From an uncultured Pelagibacteraceae bacterium (lineage in GTDB: Bacteria > Pseudomonadota > Alphaproteobacteria > Pelagibacterales > Pelagibacteraceae): a DNA stretch of 64,000 nucleotides. The stretch spans positions 60,408-124,407 of the forward strand of contig CACIDF010000001.1 in assembly GCA_902585365.1 (NCBI GenBank). The letters run 5' to 3'. The notes under the pieces are model-generated. The model was not told the DNA's origin. It saw nothing but the letters and a program-made list of their open reading frames with translations, and ran no database searches. A program made the translations under genes and the position numbers. This document shows positions 9,124 through 17,703 of the stretch, one piece after another; positions within the stretch are counted from its first letter, which is position 1; each line of letters begins with the position of its first letter.

Positions 9124-10430
9124 TTGATCTTTTTTATCATTTGATCTGGTAACCACATTACAATTTCAGGAAAAATAATTAATATTATTGTAGCAAGCAC
9201 CATTAACAAAAATAATGGAAAAGCACTTTTTGCAATAAAACCCATATCCTTTCCCGCCATTCCCTGAAGAACAAACAAATTAAATCCAACAGGAGGAGTA
9301 ATTTGTGCCATTTCGACTACAACTACTAGAAATATTCCAAACCAAATCATATCAAAACCTGCTTGTCTAATCATAGGTTCTATAATTGCCATTGTTAAAA
9401 CTACAGCTGATATTCCATCTAAAAACATTCCTAGAATTATATAAAATATCATCAAAACAAAAATTAGAATATAAGGTGAAAGTTCAAGACTATTTATCCA
9501 TAAAGCTAAATTTCTTGGCAAACCTGTAAATCCCATTGAGAGAGATAAAAAAGCAGACCCGGCTAATATGAAAGAAATCATGCAGGATGTTTTTGTAGCT
9601 CCTAATAATGAGCTTTTAAAAGTGCTCCAACTTAAACTTTTTTGAAAATAGGAAAGAATTAATGCACCAACAACTCCTAATGATGCAGCCTCTGTGGCGG
9701 TTGCAATTCCAGTATAGATAGAGCCAATAACTGAAAGGATTAAAATTATTACAGGAATTAATTGGCCAGATCTTTTAATTTTATCAATAAAACTATATTG
9801 ATTAACAATATTTGGCATTTGTTTTTTATTAAACAAAGACCATAAAATCACGTAGCTCATAAAAATTAATGCAATCATTATTCCTGGTATAATTCCAGCA
9901 ACAAACAGTTTTGCAATAGACTCTTGGACCGTTACACCATAAATAATCAAAATTATAGAAGGTGGAATTAATAGTCCTAAGGTCCCAGATCCCGCAAGAC
10001 TTCCTAGTAAAATTTTTTCGGGATAATTTCTTTTTCTAAGCTCTGGAATTGACATTTTTCCAACTGTAGCGACAGTAGCAGCTGATGACCCTGATATAGC
10101 AGCGAATAGTGCGCACCCAACGACATTGACGTGAATTAATCCGCCAGGTAGTTTTTGCATCCAAGGTGATAATCCCTCAAATAAATTCTCTGATAATTTT
10201 GTTCTAAATAAAATCTCTCCCATCCAAACAAATAATGGTAAGGCTGTTAAAGTCCACGAAGAGGATGTCCCCCAAATAGTTGTTGCCATTGCATCTCCAA
10301 CTGGTCTTGAAGTAAATAAAGTCATTGCGATTGTGGAAACACCAATCATGCTTAAAGCAACCCAAACGCCAGTGCTTAGGAATAACAAAAGAACTGAAAT
10401 AAAAAATACACTAAGCAATATTTCAGTCAT
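9120..10430 (-). CDS. dctM: TRAP transporter large permease
   Basis: Multi-TM; LTALPLF, FAAISGSSAAT, GTLGLLIPPSI, ATATEAA, ITPPVGFNLFV motifs. Confidence 0.93.
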   Translation of the reverse strand: MTEILLSVFFISVLLLFLSTGVWVALSMIGVSTIAMTLFTSRPVGDAMATTIWGTSSSWTLTALPLFVWMGEILFRTKLSENLFEGLSPWMQKLPGGLIHVNVVGCALFAAISGSSAATVATVGKMSIPELRKRNYPEKILLGSLAGSGTLGLLIPPSIILIIYGVTVQESIAKLFVAGIIPGIMIALIFMSYVILWSLFNKKQMPNIVNQYSFIDKIKRSGQLIPVIILILSVIGSIYTGIATATEAASLGVVGALILSYFQKSLSWSTFKSSLLGATKTSCMISFILAGSAFLSLSMGFTGLPRNLALWINSLELSPYILIFVLMIFYIILGMFLDGISAVVLTMAIIEPMIRQAGFDMIWFGIFLVVVVEMAQITPPVGFNLFVLQGMAGKDMGFIAKSAFPLFLLMVLATIILIIFPEIVMWLPDQMIKKIN

Positions 10431-10908
10431 TTTTATGAAAATATTTTAATAGTTGATGTGAAATACATATAAAAAGAATAATAGAGCCTAGGGCCAGAGG
10501 TGATTGAGGAATCCATATTAATATTTCATCAGCGCCCTCACTTCGCTCTTTAAATTTAAAAGAAATAACAAGCATTTTTACAAAATAAAATGATATATAG
10601 CCTGAAAATATCGAAGCTACTGTTAGACACCATATTTCAAAGATCTTTCTAAATTTCTTATTTAGTTTTTCAATGAATAATGTAATTCTTATATGTCCTC
10701 CCTCGCCGAATGTATAAGCTAAAGCGAAGAACGTAGAGGCGGCCATACAATAACCTGAATATTCGGATAATCCGCGAATATAGAAACCAAATATTCTAGA
10801 GGAGATACCTAACAATATAAAAATAGCTATGAAAATTAGAAATATAGCAGCGATGTACCCAGAAAATTTATAGATTCTTTCTAGATAAAAATTGATTTTA
10901 TTAAGCAT
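10423..10908 (-). CDS. dctQ: TRAP transporter small permease
   Basis: Four TM helices, GGHIRI motif, located between dctP and dctM. Confidence 0.9.
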   Translation of the reverse strand: MLNKINFYLERIYKFSGYIAAIFLIFIAIFILLGISSRIFGFYIRGLSEYSGYCMAASTFFALAYTFGEGGHIRITLFIEKLNKKFRKIFEIWCLTVASIFSGYISFYFVKMLVISFKFKERSEGADEILIWIPQSPLALGSIILFICISHQLLKYFHKND

Positions 10909-10913
10909 ATGAT

Positions 10914-10943
10914 AAAAGGCCGTTAAAATATCAACGGCCTTTT
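10914..10943 (-). terminator. Hairpin between dctP and dctQ (intrinsic terminator/attenuator or mRNA-stabilising stem)
   Basis: Perfect 11-bp inverted repeat AAAAGGCCGTT-(8 nt)-AACGGCCTTTT beginning about 11 nt after the dctP stop. Confidence 0.7.
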
Positions 10944-10954
10944 AGAATAATTAT

Positions 10955-11923
10955 TTAATAAGCTGATAAAACAGATTGACCTCTAGCACCAGCTTTCTTT
11001 GTCCACTCAGATGCCATTTGAGATCCAACTTTTTCAAAATGTTGCTTCAATGCAGAATTAACTTTACCAACACTCATTCCAGCATCAGCTAAAGCCTTCT
11101 TATCATTCTTGTTTCCCATTTTTGAAAGTTGCCACCCTTTTCTTTCAGCAAGAGCCGCTTCTTTCATAATTAAATCTTGAGTTTCTTTATCTAATTTGTT
11201 CCAGGCTTTTTTATTTGCAATTATCATATTTTTTGGAAACCACGCAGCTATATCATAAAAATACTTAACACCGTTTTCCCAAATCTTACTGTTCTTTCCA
11301 GTTGTTGGTGAAGTAATCATACTTTCAACAGCTCCTGTAGAAAATGCCTGAGATATTTCTGCTGCTTCAATTTTAGTTGGGGCCATACCAGTCAGCTCAG
11401 CAATTCTAATTGTAGCACCATTATAAGCTCTAAACTTTAATCCTTTTAAATCTGCAACGCTATTTATCTCTTTTTTAGAATATAAACCTTGAGCAGGCCA
11501 AGGCACTGCATATAAAAATACTAGACCTTTCGCATCTAAACTTTTTGCTATTTCAGCTTTTGATGCTTTATATAATTTCATAGCATCTGTGTAGGATGTA
11601 GCTAAAAAAGGTAAAGAGTCGATCTCAAGTAAAGGATCTTCCTTCCCTAATGCCGACATAAATCTTTCACCAATAGGGGCTTGTCCTGTTCTTACTGCTC
11701 TAAAAATTTCTCCACCTTTGAATAATGATCCACCCGGATGTGTGACTATAGTTAATTTGCCACCACTTTTTTCAGTTACATTTTTTGCAAATTCAGTTGC
11801 ATTTGCAGAATGAAAATTACCCGCACCATAAGCTAACGCCATATCCCATTTTTCAGCATATGATGCATTCGAAAGTAAAAGTAGTGATGTTAATATTGAA
11901 ATAAAGTATTTTATTATTCTCAT
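10955..11923 (-). CDS. dctP: TRAP transporter substrate-binding protein, resembling the DctP6/DctP7 pyroglutamate-binding subfamily
   Basis: Signal peptide; KWDMALAYGAGNFHS, HPGGSLFKG, DSLPFLATSY, DLKGLKFR motifs; strong RBS GAGGAGGTGAA before the ATG. Confidence 0.9.
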   Translation of the reverse strand: MRIIKYFISILTSLLLLSNASYAEKWDMALAYGAGNFHSANATEFAKNVTEKSGGKLTIVTHPGGSLFKGGEIFRAVRTGQAPIGERFMSALGKEDPLLEIDSLPFLATSYTDAMKLYKASKAEIAKSLDAKGLVFLYAVPWPAQGLYSKKEINSVADLKGLKFRAYNGATIRIAELTGMAPTKIEAAEISQAFSTGAVESMITSPTTGKNSKIWENGVKYFYDIAAWFPKNMIIANKKAWNKLDKETQDLIMKEAALAERKGWQLSKMGNKNDKKALADAGMSVGKVNSALKQHFEKVGSQMASEWTKKAGARGQSVLSAY

Positions 11924-12038
11924 TTCACCTCCTCTTTTTAAAAATATATTTGATTATTAATTTAATGTTAAATCAATAAAAAAATTGTCTACTTTTAATT
12001 GAAAAATCCTAATATTTATTTATTATCTAAGAATTCCA

Positions 12039-12665
12039 ATGGAGCAATCACTATTTTTTGAGCAATCTTTAATTCTTTTGCAAATAATATTCATTGATAT
12101 TATTTTGGCTGCAGATAACGCAATAATAATTGGTTTAATAGCTGCTAACTTTGTTCCAAAACATAGAAGACAAATTATACTTTGGGGTGTAGCAGGTGCA
12201 TTAATTTTCAAAGTAATTTTTGCAATTTTTGCAACTTATTTATTCAAGTTCTATTTTATTAAAATTTTAGGTGGGCTACTATTAATTTGGATAGTTTATG
12301 ATTTAAGAAAAGACTTATTTGAAATTAAGAAAGTAAAATCACCAACTAAAGTTTCTAAAGAGCCCTCATACATACAAAGTGTTTATAAAGTTTTATTCGC
12401 AGATATAACAATCAGTTTTGATAATGTTATTGGTGTTGTTGGGGCTTCCAAAGGTTATTTTGGTTTTATGATTTTTGGTTTAGTTTTGTCAGTTATTTTA
12501 ACTGGTGCGCTTGCAACTTATCTTGCAAACTATATTCAAAAACATTTATGGATTGCTTATGTGGGTTTAGCATTTATTTTACTTGTTGCTATTCAATTAG
12601 TCATAGGTGGACTAGTAGATTTAGAAATTTTACGCGTGAATGAGGAATTTAAGAAATATTTTTAA
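12039..12665 (+). CDS. TerC family membrane protein (YjbE-like)
   Basis: IDIILAADNAIII and ADITISFDNVIGV motifs, multiple TM helices. Confidence 0.85.
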   Translation: MEQSLFFEQSLILLQIIFIDIILAADNAIIIGLIAANFVPKHRRQIILWGVAGALIFKVIFAIFATYLFKFYFIKILGGLLLIWIVYDLRKDLFEIKKVKSPTKVSKEPSYIQSVYKVLFADITISFDNVIGVVGASKGYFGFMIFGLVLSVILTGALATYLANYIQKHLWIAYVGLAFILLVAIQLVIGGLVDLEILRVNEEFKKYF

Positions 12666-12674
12666 ATATTAAAT

Positions 12675-13367
12675 ATGAAAAAGTTATTTATAATTATAGT
12701 ATTAATTTTTTCAACACAGTTAGCACAAAGTCAGGAATGCAATTTAAATCCAGAGCGAGGGAGTAAAAATTATATTATTGGCTATGGATCCTTAATGGAT
12801 AAAGAGTCTAGAATTAGAACAAATAAATCAGCTTTTGTAGTTAAACCTATTTTAATTAAAGGTTTTGAGAGAACTTGGGGTCTTCAAGGGGGGATGTACA
12901 AAATTACTTTTTTGACAATCATTAAAAAAGAAAACTCATCTGTTAATGCAGTTTATTACCCAGTTTCAATAAAGGACTTGAATAAAACAGATAATAGAGA
13001 GAGTGGCTATTGTAGAGTAAAAGTTGAAGGTAAGGACTTAAGTTTCTATGGAAAAAAAATTAAAACTAAAAATAAAAACTTTTGGGTTTATGCAGCTAAT
13101 CCTGGAAAAATAAAAAAACCAACTAATAGTCATCCAATTGTTCAATCATATGTCGATTTATTTATAGGTGGTTGTTTTCAAATTAAAGAGAGATATAAAA
13201 TAAATGAATTTCCGAAACAATGTGTAGAGACAACTACTGAATGGTCAAAGCACTGGGTAAATGATAGAGTGCATGCTAGAAGGCCGTTCTTAGTGCCAAA
13301 TTTTTATAAAATAGATAATCTTTTATCAAATTATTTTAATTATTATTTAGATAATAAATACCAGTAA
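12675..13367 (+). CDS. Exported gamma-glutamylcyclotransferase-fold protein
   Basis: Signal peptide; IIGYGSLM, GFERTW, D-N-R-E-S-G-Y (catalytic Glu position), FWVY motifs of the GGCT/ChaC/AIG2 fold. Confidence 0.75.
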   Translation: MKKLFIIIVLIFSTQLAQSQECNLNPERGSKNYIIGYGSLMDKESRIRTNKSAFVVKPILIKGFERTWGLQGGMYKITFLTIIKKENSSVNAVYYPVSIKDLNKTDNRESGYCRVKVEGKDLSFYGKKIKTKNKNFWVYAANPGKIKKPTNSHPIVQSYVDLFIGGCFQIKERYKINEFPKQCVETTTEWSKHWVNDRVHARRPFLVPNFYKIDNLLSNYFNYYLDNKYQ

Positions 13368-14003
13368 TCACATTTTATACTCAAAATTTTGAGTGGTTTC
13401 GTTAACTCCAATCTCTACGGCTCCGTTACTTAAATGAAATTTCCTAGCCATATCAGTAAGTGGTGATAGTGTTACTAATCTATTTAAATGATTTGTTTTT
13501 TTTATTTTTTTGAAAACTTCTTTTACAATTAATCTTCCACCACCTCTTTTTTTTGACCAAACAGTGTATGCAATTGCAATTTGACCAACTTTAAAATCTC
13601 TATTGATACTCTGGAGATAAGCATCTTTACTCATCATATCTAGCTCTTCTACAGTTTTCGGAATGCTATTTGTAAATGCAAAACACATCACCGCATGTAT
13701 TTCATCTTGATACTTCACACCATAAATTTTCCTTCCAAAACTTGTTCTAAACTCATTATCTAATTCTGGCCTTACTGGATCCTCACTAGTATTGCAGTTT
13801 GGCAACTCAATAATTTCTGCACCTTTTACCCAGTCAAAAAAATTTTTTACCGATTTTCCAATATCAATTTTTTTACCTTTAATGGAAGTATTAAATTTTT
13901 CAGATATTAAATCTCTTTTTTTTGTAATTGAGCGTTTGAATATTTTGCCTTTTCTTTTTAAAGCAACTTTTATTTTTCTTTTTAATAGTTTTTTTTTATT
14001 CAT
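13368..14003 (-). CDS. Hypothetical protein with basic N-terminus and GNAT/malonyl-CoA-decarboxylase-like C-domain
   Basis: 211-aa ORF abutting its neighbour; AIAYTVWSKKRGGGRLIV...LVTLSP...ARKFHLSNGA pattern. Confidence 0.6.
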   Translation of the reverse strand: MNKKKLLKRKIKVALKRKGKIFKRSITKKRDLISEKFNTSIKGKKIDIGKSVKNFFDWVKGAEIIELPNCNTSEDPVRPELDNEFRTSFGRKIYGVKYQDEIHAVMCFAFTNSIPKTVEELDMMSKDAYLQSINRDFKVGQIAIAYTVWSKKRGGGRLIVKEVFKKIKKTNHLNRLVTLSPLTDMARKFHLSNGAVEIGVNETTQNFEYKM

Positions 14004-14029
14004 TTTTTAAATTTATAAACTAAATTATG

Positions 14030-14806
14030 TTAATTAGATTGTGACTTATTTAACCTTTTTATTATTCTATTAGATGTTTTTTCAAGTAATTTATAAAAAC
14101 CTGCTTTTCGCAAATCTTTAACTGCTTGCTCGTTCAAACCACCGGGTGTTTGAGATTCTCTAACTAGTCTTTTTAGATTTTTGTTATGATTAAAAGCGTC
14201 TTCTGATAACGCAAGGAATAGAGATGATATATATTTTTGTGCATTTTCTTTTTTTATTCCTCTCTTAATTAACCAATTTGATAACGAGTATAAGATTTCA
14301 TAAAAAGGAGCCATCATAGCAGAAGTTGTCCAAAAATTTAGTGATAACTTCTCATTATTGATTTCAACTGTAGATCCTAATTTATCAAAAAACTTTTTAA
14401 CCTTACTATTTGGTGGATAAATTGGAACAGGACCTTTGCATAATGCAATTGGTGGTAATGGTATGGCTCTAATAATATTTGATTTTAATCCTGTAATTAT
14501 TTTTAATTGATTTAAATTAATTGTTGAAATGAAACTAATTATCATCTTATTTTTATTGAATTTTAAATTCCTTAAAATTTTATTTGCTACAGTTGGTGTT
14601 ACTGCAAGAAATACCCAGTCAGATCTATTAATAATGTCTTGATTTTTCTTAATTATTGTAATTTTTTTACTTTTAAATTTTAAAATTCTTGAAATTTTTT
14701 TATTTCTTTCAGATACAAATATTTTTGTAACTTTTAATTTCGAATTTATTACACCTGTTACAACCGCTTTTGTTATCTGTCCCGTGCCTATAAAACCTAT
14801 TTTCAT
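14030..14806 (-). CDS. proC: Pyrroline-5-carboxylate reductase family protein (divergent)
   Basis: KIGFIGTGQI Rossmann motif, SDWVFLAV, C-terminal SQTPGGLNEQ dimerisation motif. Confidence 0.72.
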   Translation of the reverse strand: MKIGFIGTGQITKAVVTGVINSKLKVTKIFVSERNKKISRILKFKSKKITIIKKNQDIINRSDWVFLAVTPTVANKILRNLKFNKNKMIISFISTINLNQLKIITGLKSNIIRAIPLPPIALCKGPVPIYPPNSKVKKFFDKLGSTVEINNEKLSLNFWTTSAMMAPFYEILYSLSNWLIKRGIKKENAQKYISSLFLALSEDAFNHNKNLKRLVRESQTPGGLNEQAVKDLRKAGFYKLLEKTSNRIIKRLNKSQSN

Positions 14807-14824
14807 AATAAATTAATATAGATG

Positions 14825-15439
14825 TTAATAATTTTGTGTAAATCCAATAAAAATTGCAATTAAGATCAATACACACGCCGAAATTGTGTTTATTACTCTT
14901 GGATTTGCCTTGATCCATGTCAAAAGTTTTTTAGCTAAAATTGCATAGCCAATTAGTGAAAGAAAATCTAATACCATGTATGTAATTATAAGAATTACAA
15001 ATTGGAAAATATAATTTTCATTAAAATTTATAAACTGTGGAAAGATTAATGGAAAAAATATCCAAGCTTTTGGACTTGTTCCAGCTACAATAAATCCATC
15101 TTTAAAAAAAGATAACAATTTTTTTGATTTTGTTGATGCTTTGTTAAAATTTGTTGGTCTAGACTTATAGATATCGTAAGACAGATAAAATAAATAAGCT
15201 ACACCAAACCATTTCAAAATATTTAATGTTTCACTATTATTAGCAATGAAGGATCCTATAAAAAATATTACTAAAGTAGCTTGTATTAGATTTGCAGTAA
15301 TATCACCTAGTGCAATCCAAATACAATTTCTTGTTCCATAATTCATAGCATATGAAATAATTACAATTCTTGGTGTGCCTGGAGTTATAAATAAAAAAAG
15401 TATAATTTGTAAAAAGAGAAAATAATCTAAGGGGAGCAT
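14825..15439 (-). CDS. LysE/RhtB family amino-acid exporter
   Basis: ITPGTP, LKWFGVAYL, F-DGF-V--TSPKA motifs, about six TM helices. Confidence 0.88.
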   Translation of the reverse strand: MLPLDYFLFLQIILFLFITPGTPRIVIISYAMNYGTRNCIWIALGDITANLIQATLVIFFIGSFIANNSETLNILKWFGVAYLFYLSYDIYKSRPTNFNKASTKSKKLLSFFKDGFIVAGTSPKAWIFFPLIFPQFINFNENYIFQFVILIITYMVLDFLSLIGYAILAKKLLTWIKANPRVINTISACVLILIAIFIGFTQNY

Positions 15440-15443
15440 TTTT

Positions 15444-15494
15444 GGGATAGTCCTAAAAAACCGGGAGCTAAAGATGGCTAGATAGGACTATCTT
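15444..15494. promoter_or_regulatory. Structured intergenic RNA element candidate upstream of lysE/rhtB
   Basis: Perfect 10-bp inverted repeat GATAGTCCTA (15446-15455) / TAGGACTATC (15483-15492) enclosing a GC-richer loop, 6 nt from the lysE ATG. Confidence 0.5.
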
Positions 15495-15557
15495 ATCTAT
15501 AATAACATAGTCAGTAAAAATTGCATTATTCATTTTTTTGATATTTATTAAGAATTT

Positions 15558-15851
15558 ATGAAAAAAAGTCGCAGACCCCTCACAAAGGTTAAAAATCCTG
15601 AACCCAAAGTGGGCAGTGAGAGCTGGGTGATATGGGCTGCTTGGGCAGACCGAATAACTTTCGAAGACATCAAATCAAAAACAGGTTTATCAGAGGGCGA
15701 TGTTATAAAAATTATGAGAAGATCACTTAAACCTTCGTCATTTAGGCTTTGGAGAAAGAGGGCTAAAGGTCAAAGTATAAAGCACAGAAAAAAATTTGAA
15801 GAAACAAGAAAAGAAATAAGAAGAAAAATTAAAAAAAATGATTATATATAA
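15558..15851 (+). CDS. TIGR03643/DUF2805 family protein
   Basis: AW-DR--FE-I----GL-E--VI-IMR--LKPSSFRLWRKR motif. Confidence 0.85.
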   Translation: MKKSRRPLTKVKNPEPKVGSESWVIWAAWADRITFEDIKSKTGLSEGDVIKIMRRSLKPSSFRLWRKRAKGQSIKHRKKFEETRKEIRRKIKKNDYI

Positions 15852-15854
15852 ATA

Positions 15855-16109
15855 ATGAAAAAAATTACCATTTATACTGGTCCGGTTTGCAATTATTGCG
15901 ATGCTGCGAAAAGATTATTAAAGAGAAATAATGCGTCATATTCTGAAATTAATATTGCAGAAGTTGATGGAGCATTAAATGAGATGCTTAAGAAAACAAA
16001 CGGTAAAAGAACTATTCCACAAATTTTTTTTGATGATCAGCACATCGGTGGATATGAAGAAATCAGAGCTTTAGAAAAAGATAATAAGCTACAAGACCTT
16101 TTAAAATAA
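15855..16109 (+). CDS. grxC: Glutaredoxin 3
   Basis: CNYC active site, RTIPQIF, HIGG motifs. Confidence 0.9.
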   Translation: MKKITIYTGPVCNYCDAAKRLLKRNNASYSEINIAEVDGALNEMLKKTNGKRTIPQIFFDDQHIGGYEEIRALEKDNKLQDLLK

Positions 16110-16442
16110 AACGTAATAAATAATTAAAAATATAAGTGTATATTCAAAAAACCTTTTAAAATTTAATATTTGTTTTTCGTTAAACTTCTGATTAATTATT
16201 TTTCTTAAGAAATAAAATCCTAAATTAACAATTATCAATCCAATAATTAATCCTATTAAAACAAATTTAATTTGGAAGTTTTTATAACCAAAATAAATTG
16301 CGGCTAAAAAAGTAAACCAAGATACTTTGGAAATAAATATTTTAAATAAAAGACCAGCTTTTCTACTAAAAATAGATTGAGTTTTAATTATAGAATAAGA
16401 CCAAATAATCCCAATTAAAAAAGTAAAATATTTTATAATCAT
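16101..16442 (-). CDS. Hypothetical membrane protein
   Basis: 113-aa hydrophobic ORF with ATGA overlap to msrB. Confidence 0.65.
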   Translation of the reverse strand: MIIKYFTFLIGIIWSYSIIKTQSIFSRKAGLLFKIFISKVSWFTFLAAIYFGYKNFQIKFVLIGLIIGLIIVNLGFYFLRKIINQKFNEKQILNFKRFFEYTLIFLIIYYVLF

Positions 16443-16813
16443 TTTAATTTTTTAGGTTTAAATACTAAACATAAACCATTATTACAATATCTTTTACCTG
16501 TTGGTTGAGGACCATCATCAAATATATGTCCATGATGCCCACCACAGCTCTTACAATGATACTCGGTTCTTGCGTAACCAACATGGTGATCTGTTTTTGT
16601 TTCAAATACATCAGGCAGAGATTCGAAGAACGATGGCCAACCAGAACCACTTTCGTATTTTTTTTTTGACTCAAAAAGTTTTACATCGCAATTTGCACAA
16701 TGATAATTGCCTTCTCTTTTTTCAAAATTTAATTCACTAGATCCAGGTCTTTCTGTTCCCTCTTCAAATAAAATTAATTTTTGTTCTGAGGATAAATTTG
16801 GATTTTTTTTCAT
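16439..16813 (-). CDS. msrB: Peptide-methionine (R)-S-oxide reductase
   Basis: GTERP, two CxxC, SGSGWPSF, GHIFDDGP, RYCNNG motifs; start at 16813 gives an ATGA overlap with the upstream gene. Confidence 0.93.
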   Translation of the reverse strand: MKKNPNLSSEQKLILFEEGTERPGSSELNFEKREGNYHCANCDVKLFESKKKYESGSGWPSFFESLPDVFETKTDHHVGYARTEYHCKSCGGHHGHIFDDGPQPTGKRYCNNGLCLVFKPKKLK

Positions 16814-17703
16814 ATAACAGATGCACAAGTTTTATGTAATATAGCATGGAGTCTTACTAAAGTTTCAAAATCTTTGTTATAACCGCCTCCTAAAACTCCA
16901 CAAATAGGAACATTTTTTTCAAAAAAGTTGTTTATTATCATTTCGTCTCTTCTCTTTATTCCATCCTCTGAGATTTTCAATTTACCTAACCTATCATTTA
17001 AATGTATATCAACTCCTGCAATATAAAATACAAAATCATATTTTTCTTTATTTAGTAATAAAATATTATCCTTTAGCTTTTTTAGATATTCGTCATCTTC
17101 AATATTATCATCTAAACTTACATCTAAATCACCGTTGTTTTTTTTTGCGGGATAATTAGATTTACAATGCATACTAAAGGTAAAAACAGATTTGTCGTTT
17201 TTGAAAATATCTGAAGTTCCATTTCCTTGATGAACATCAAGATCAACTATTAAAACATTTTTTACATAGCCTTTAGATTGTAAATATCTAGTAGCAACTG
17301 CCACATCATTAAAAACGCAGTAACCTGCTCCTTCATTATAAGTTGCGTGATGGCTTCCTCCTGCGGTGTTACATGCAATACGGTATTCAATAGCAAGTTT
17401 ACTTGCTAAGACAGTTCCGCCTGTCGCCCTGAAAGATCTATTCACCACACTATCATTTATTGGAAAACCAATTTTTTTTTGGGATTTAGTGTCTATAGTT
17501 TTTTTTTTTATACTAGTAATATACTCTAAAGAGTGAGCTCTACTCAAAGTCTCTTCAGAACAATAGTCTGGTTTATAAAATCTATCTACTATTTTTTGGT
17601 TAATTAAATAATTTGCAAGTTCACCAAACTTTCTTATTGGAAACTTATTATCATCATTTATCTTTGCGACGTAATCCTGGTGGTTGACTACTGGTAATTT
17701 CAT
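16810..17703 (-). CDS. Histone deacetylase family protein
   Basis: GGSHHA, GYCVFND, DLDVHQGNGT, AGVD, GGGY motifs. Confidence 0.9.
   Translation of the reverse strand: MKLPVVNHQDYVAKINDDNKFPIRKFGELANYLINQKIVDRFYKPDYCSEETLSRAHSLEYITSIKKKTIDTKSQKKIGFPINDSVVNRSFRATGGTVLASKLAIEYRIACNTAGGSHHATYNEGAGYCVFNDVAVATRYLQSKGYVKNVLIVDLDVHQGNGTSDIFKNDKSVFTFSMHCKSNYPAKKNNGDLDVSLDDNIEDDEYLKKLKDNILLLNKEKYDFVFYIAGVDIHLNDRLGKLKISEDGIKRRDEMIINNFFEKNVPICGVLGGGYNKDFETLVRLHAILHKTCASVI

Noticed and set aside
11950-11976. TTAA-N7-TTAA (CtrA-like) site inside a TTGATT/AATCAA inverted repeat upstream of dctP
   Set aside because: All-AT motifs are expected by chance in this AT-rich spacer, and nothing else supports a regulator site.
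14709-14918. 69-aa minus-strand ORF bridging lysE and the proC-like gene
   Set aside because: Alternative-frame overlap of two well-supported genes; no motif.
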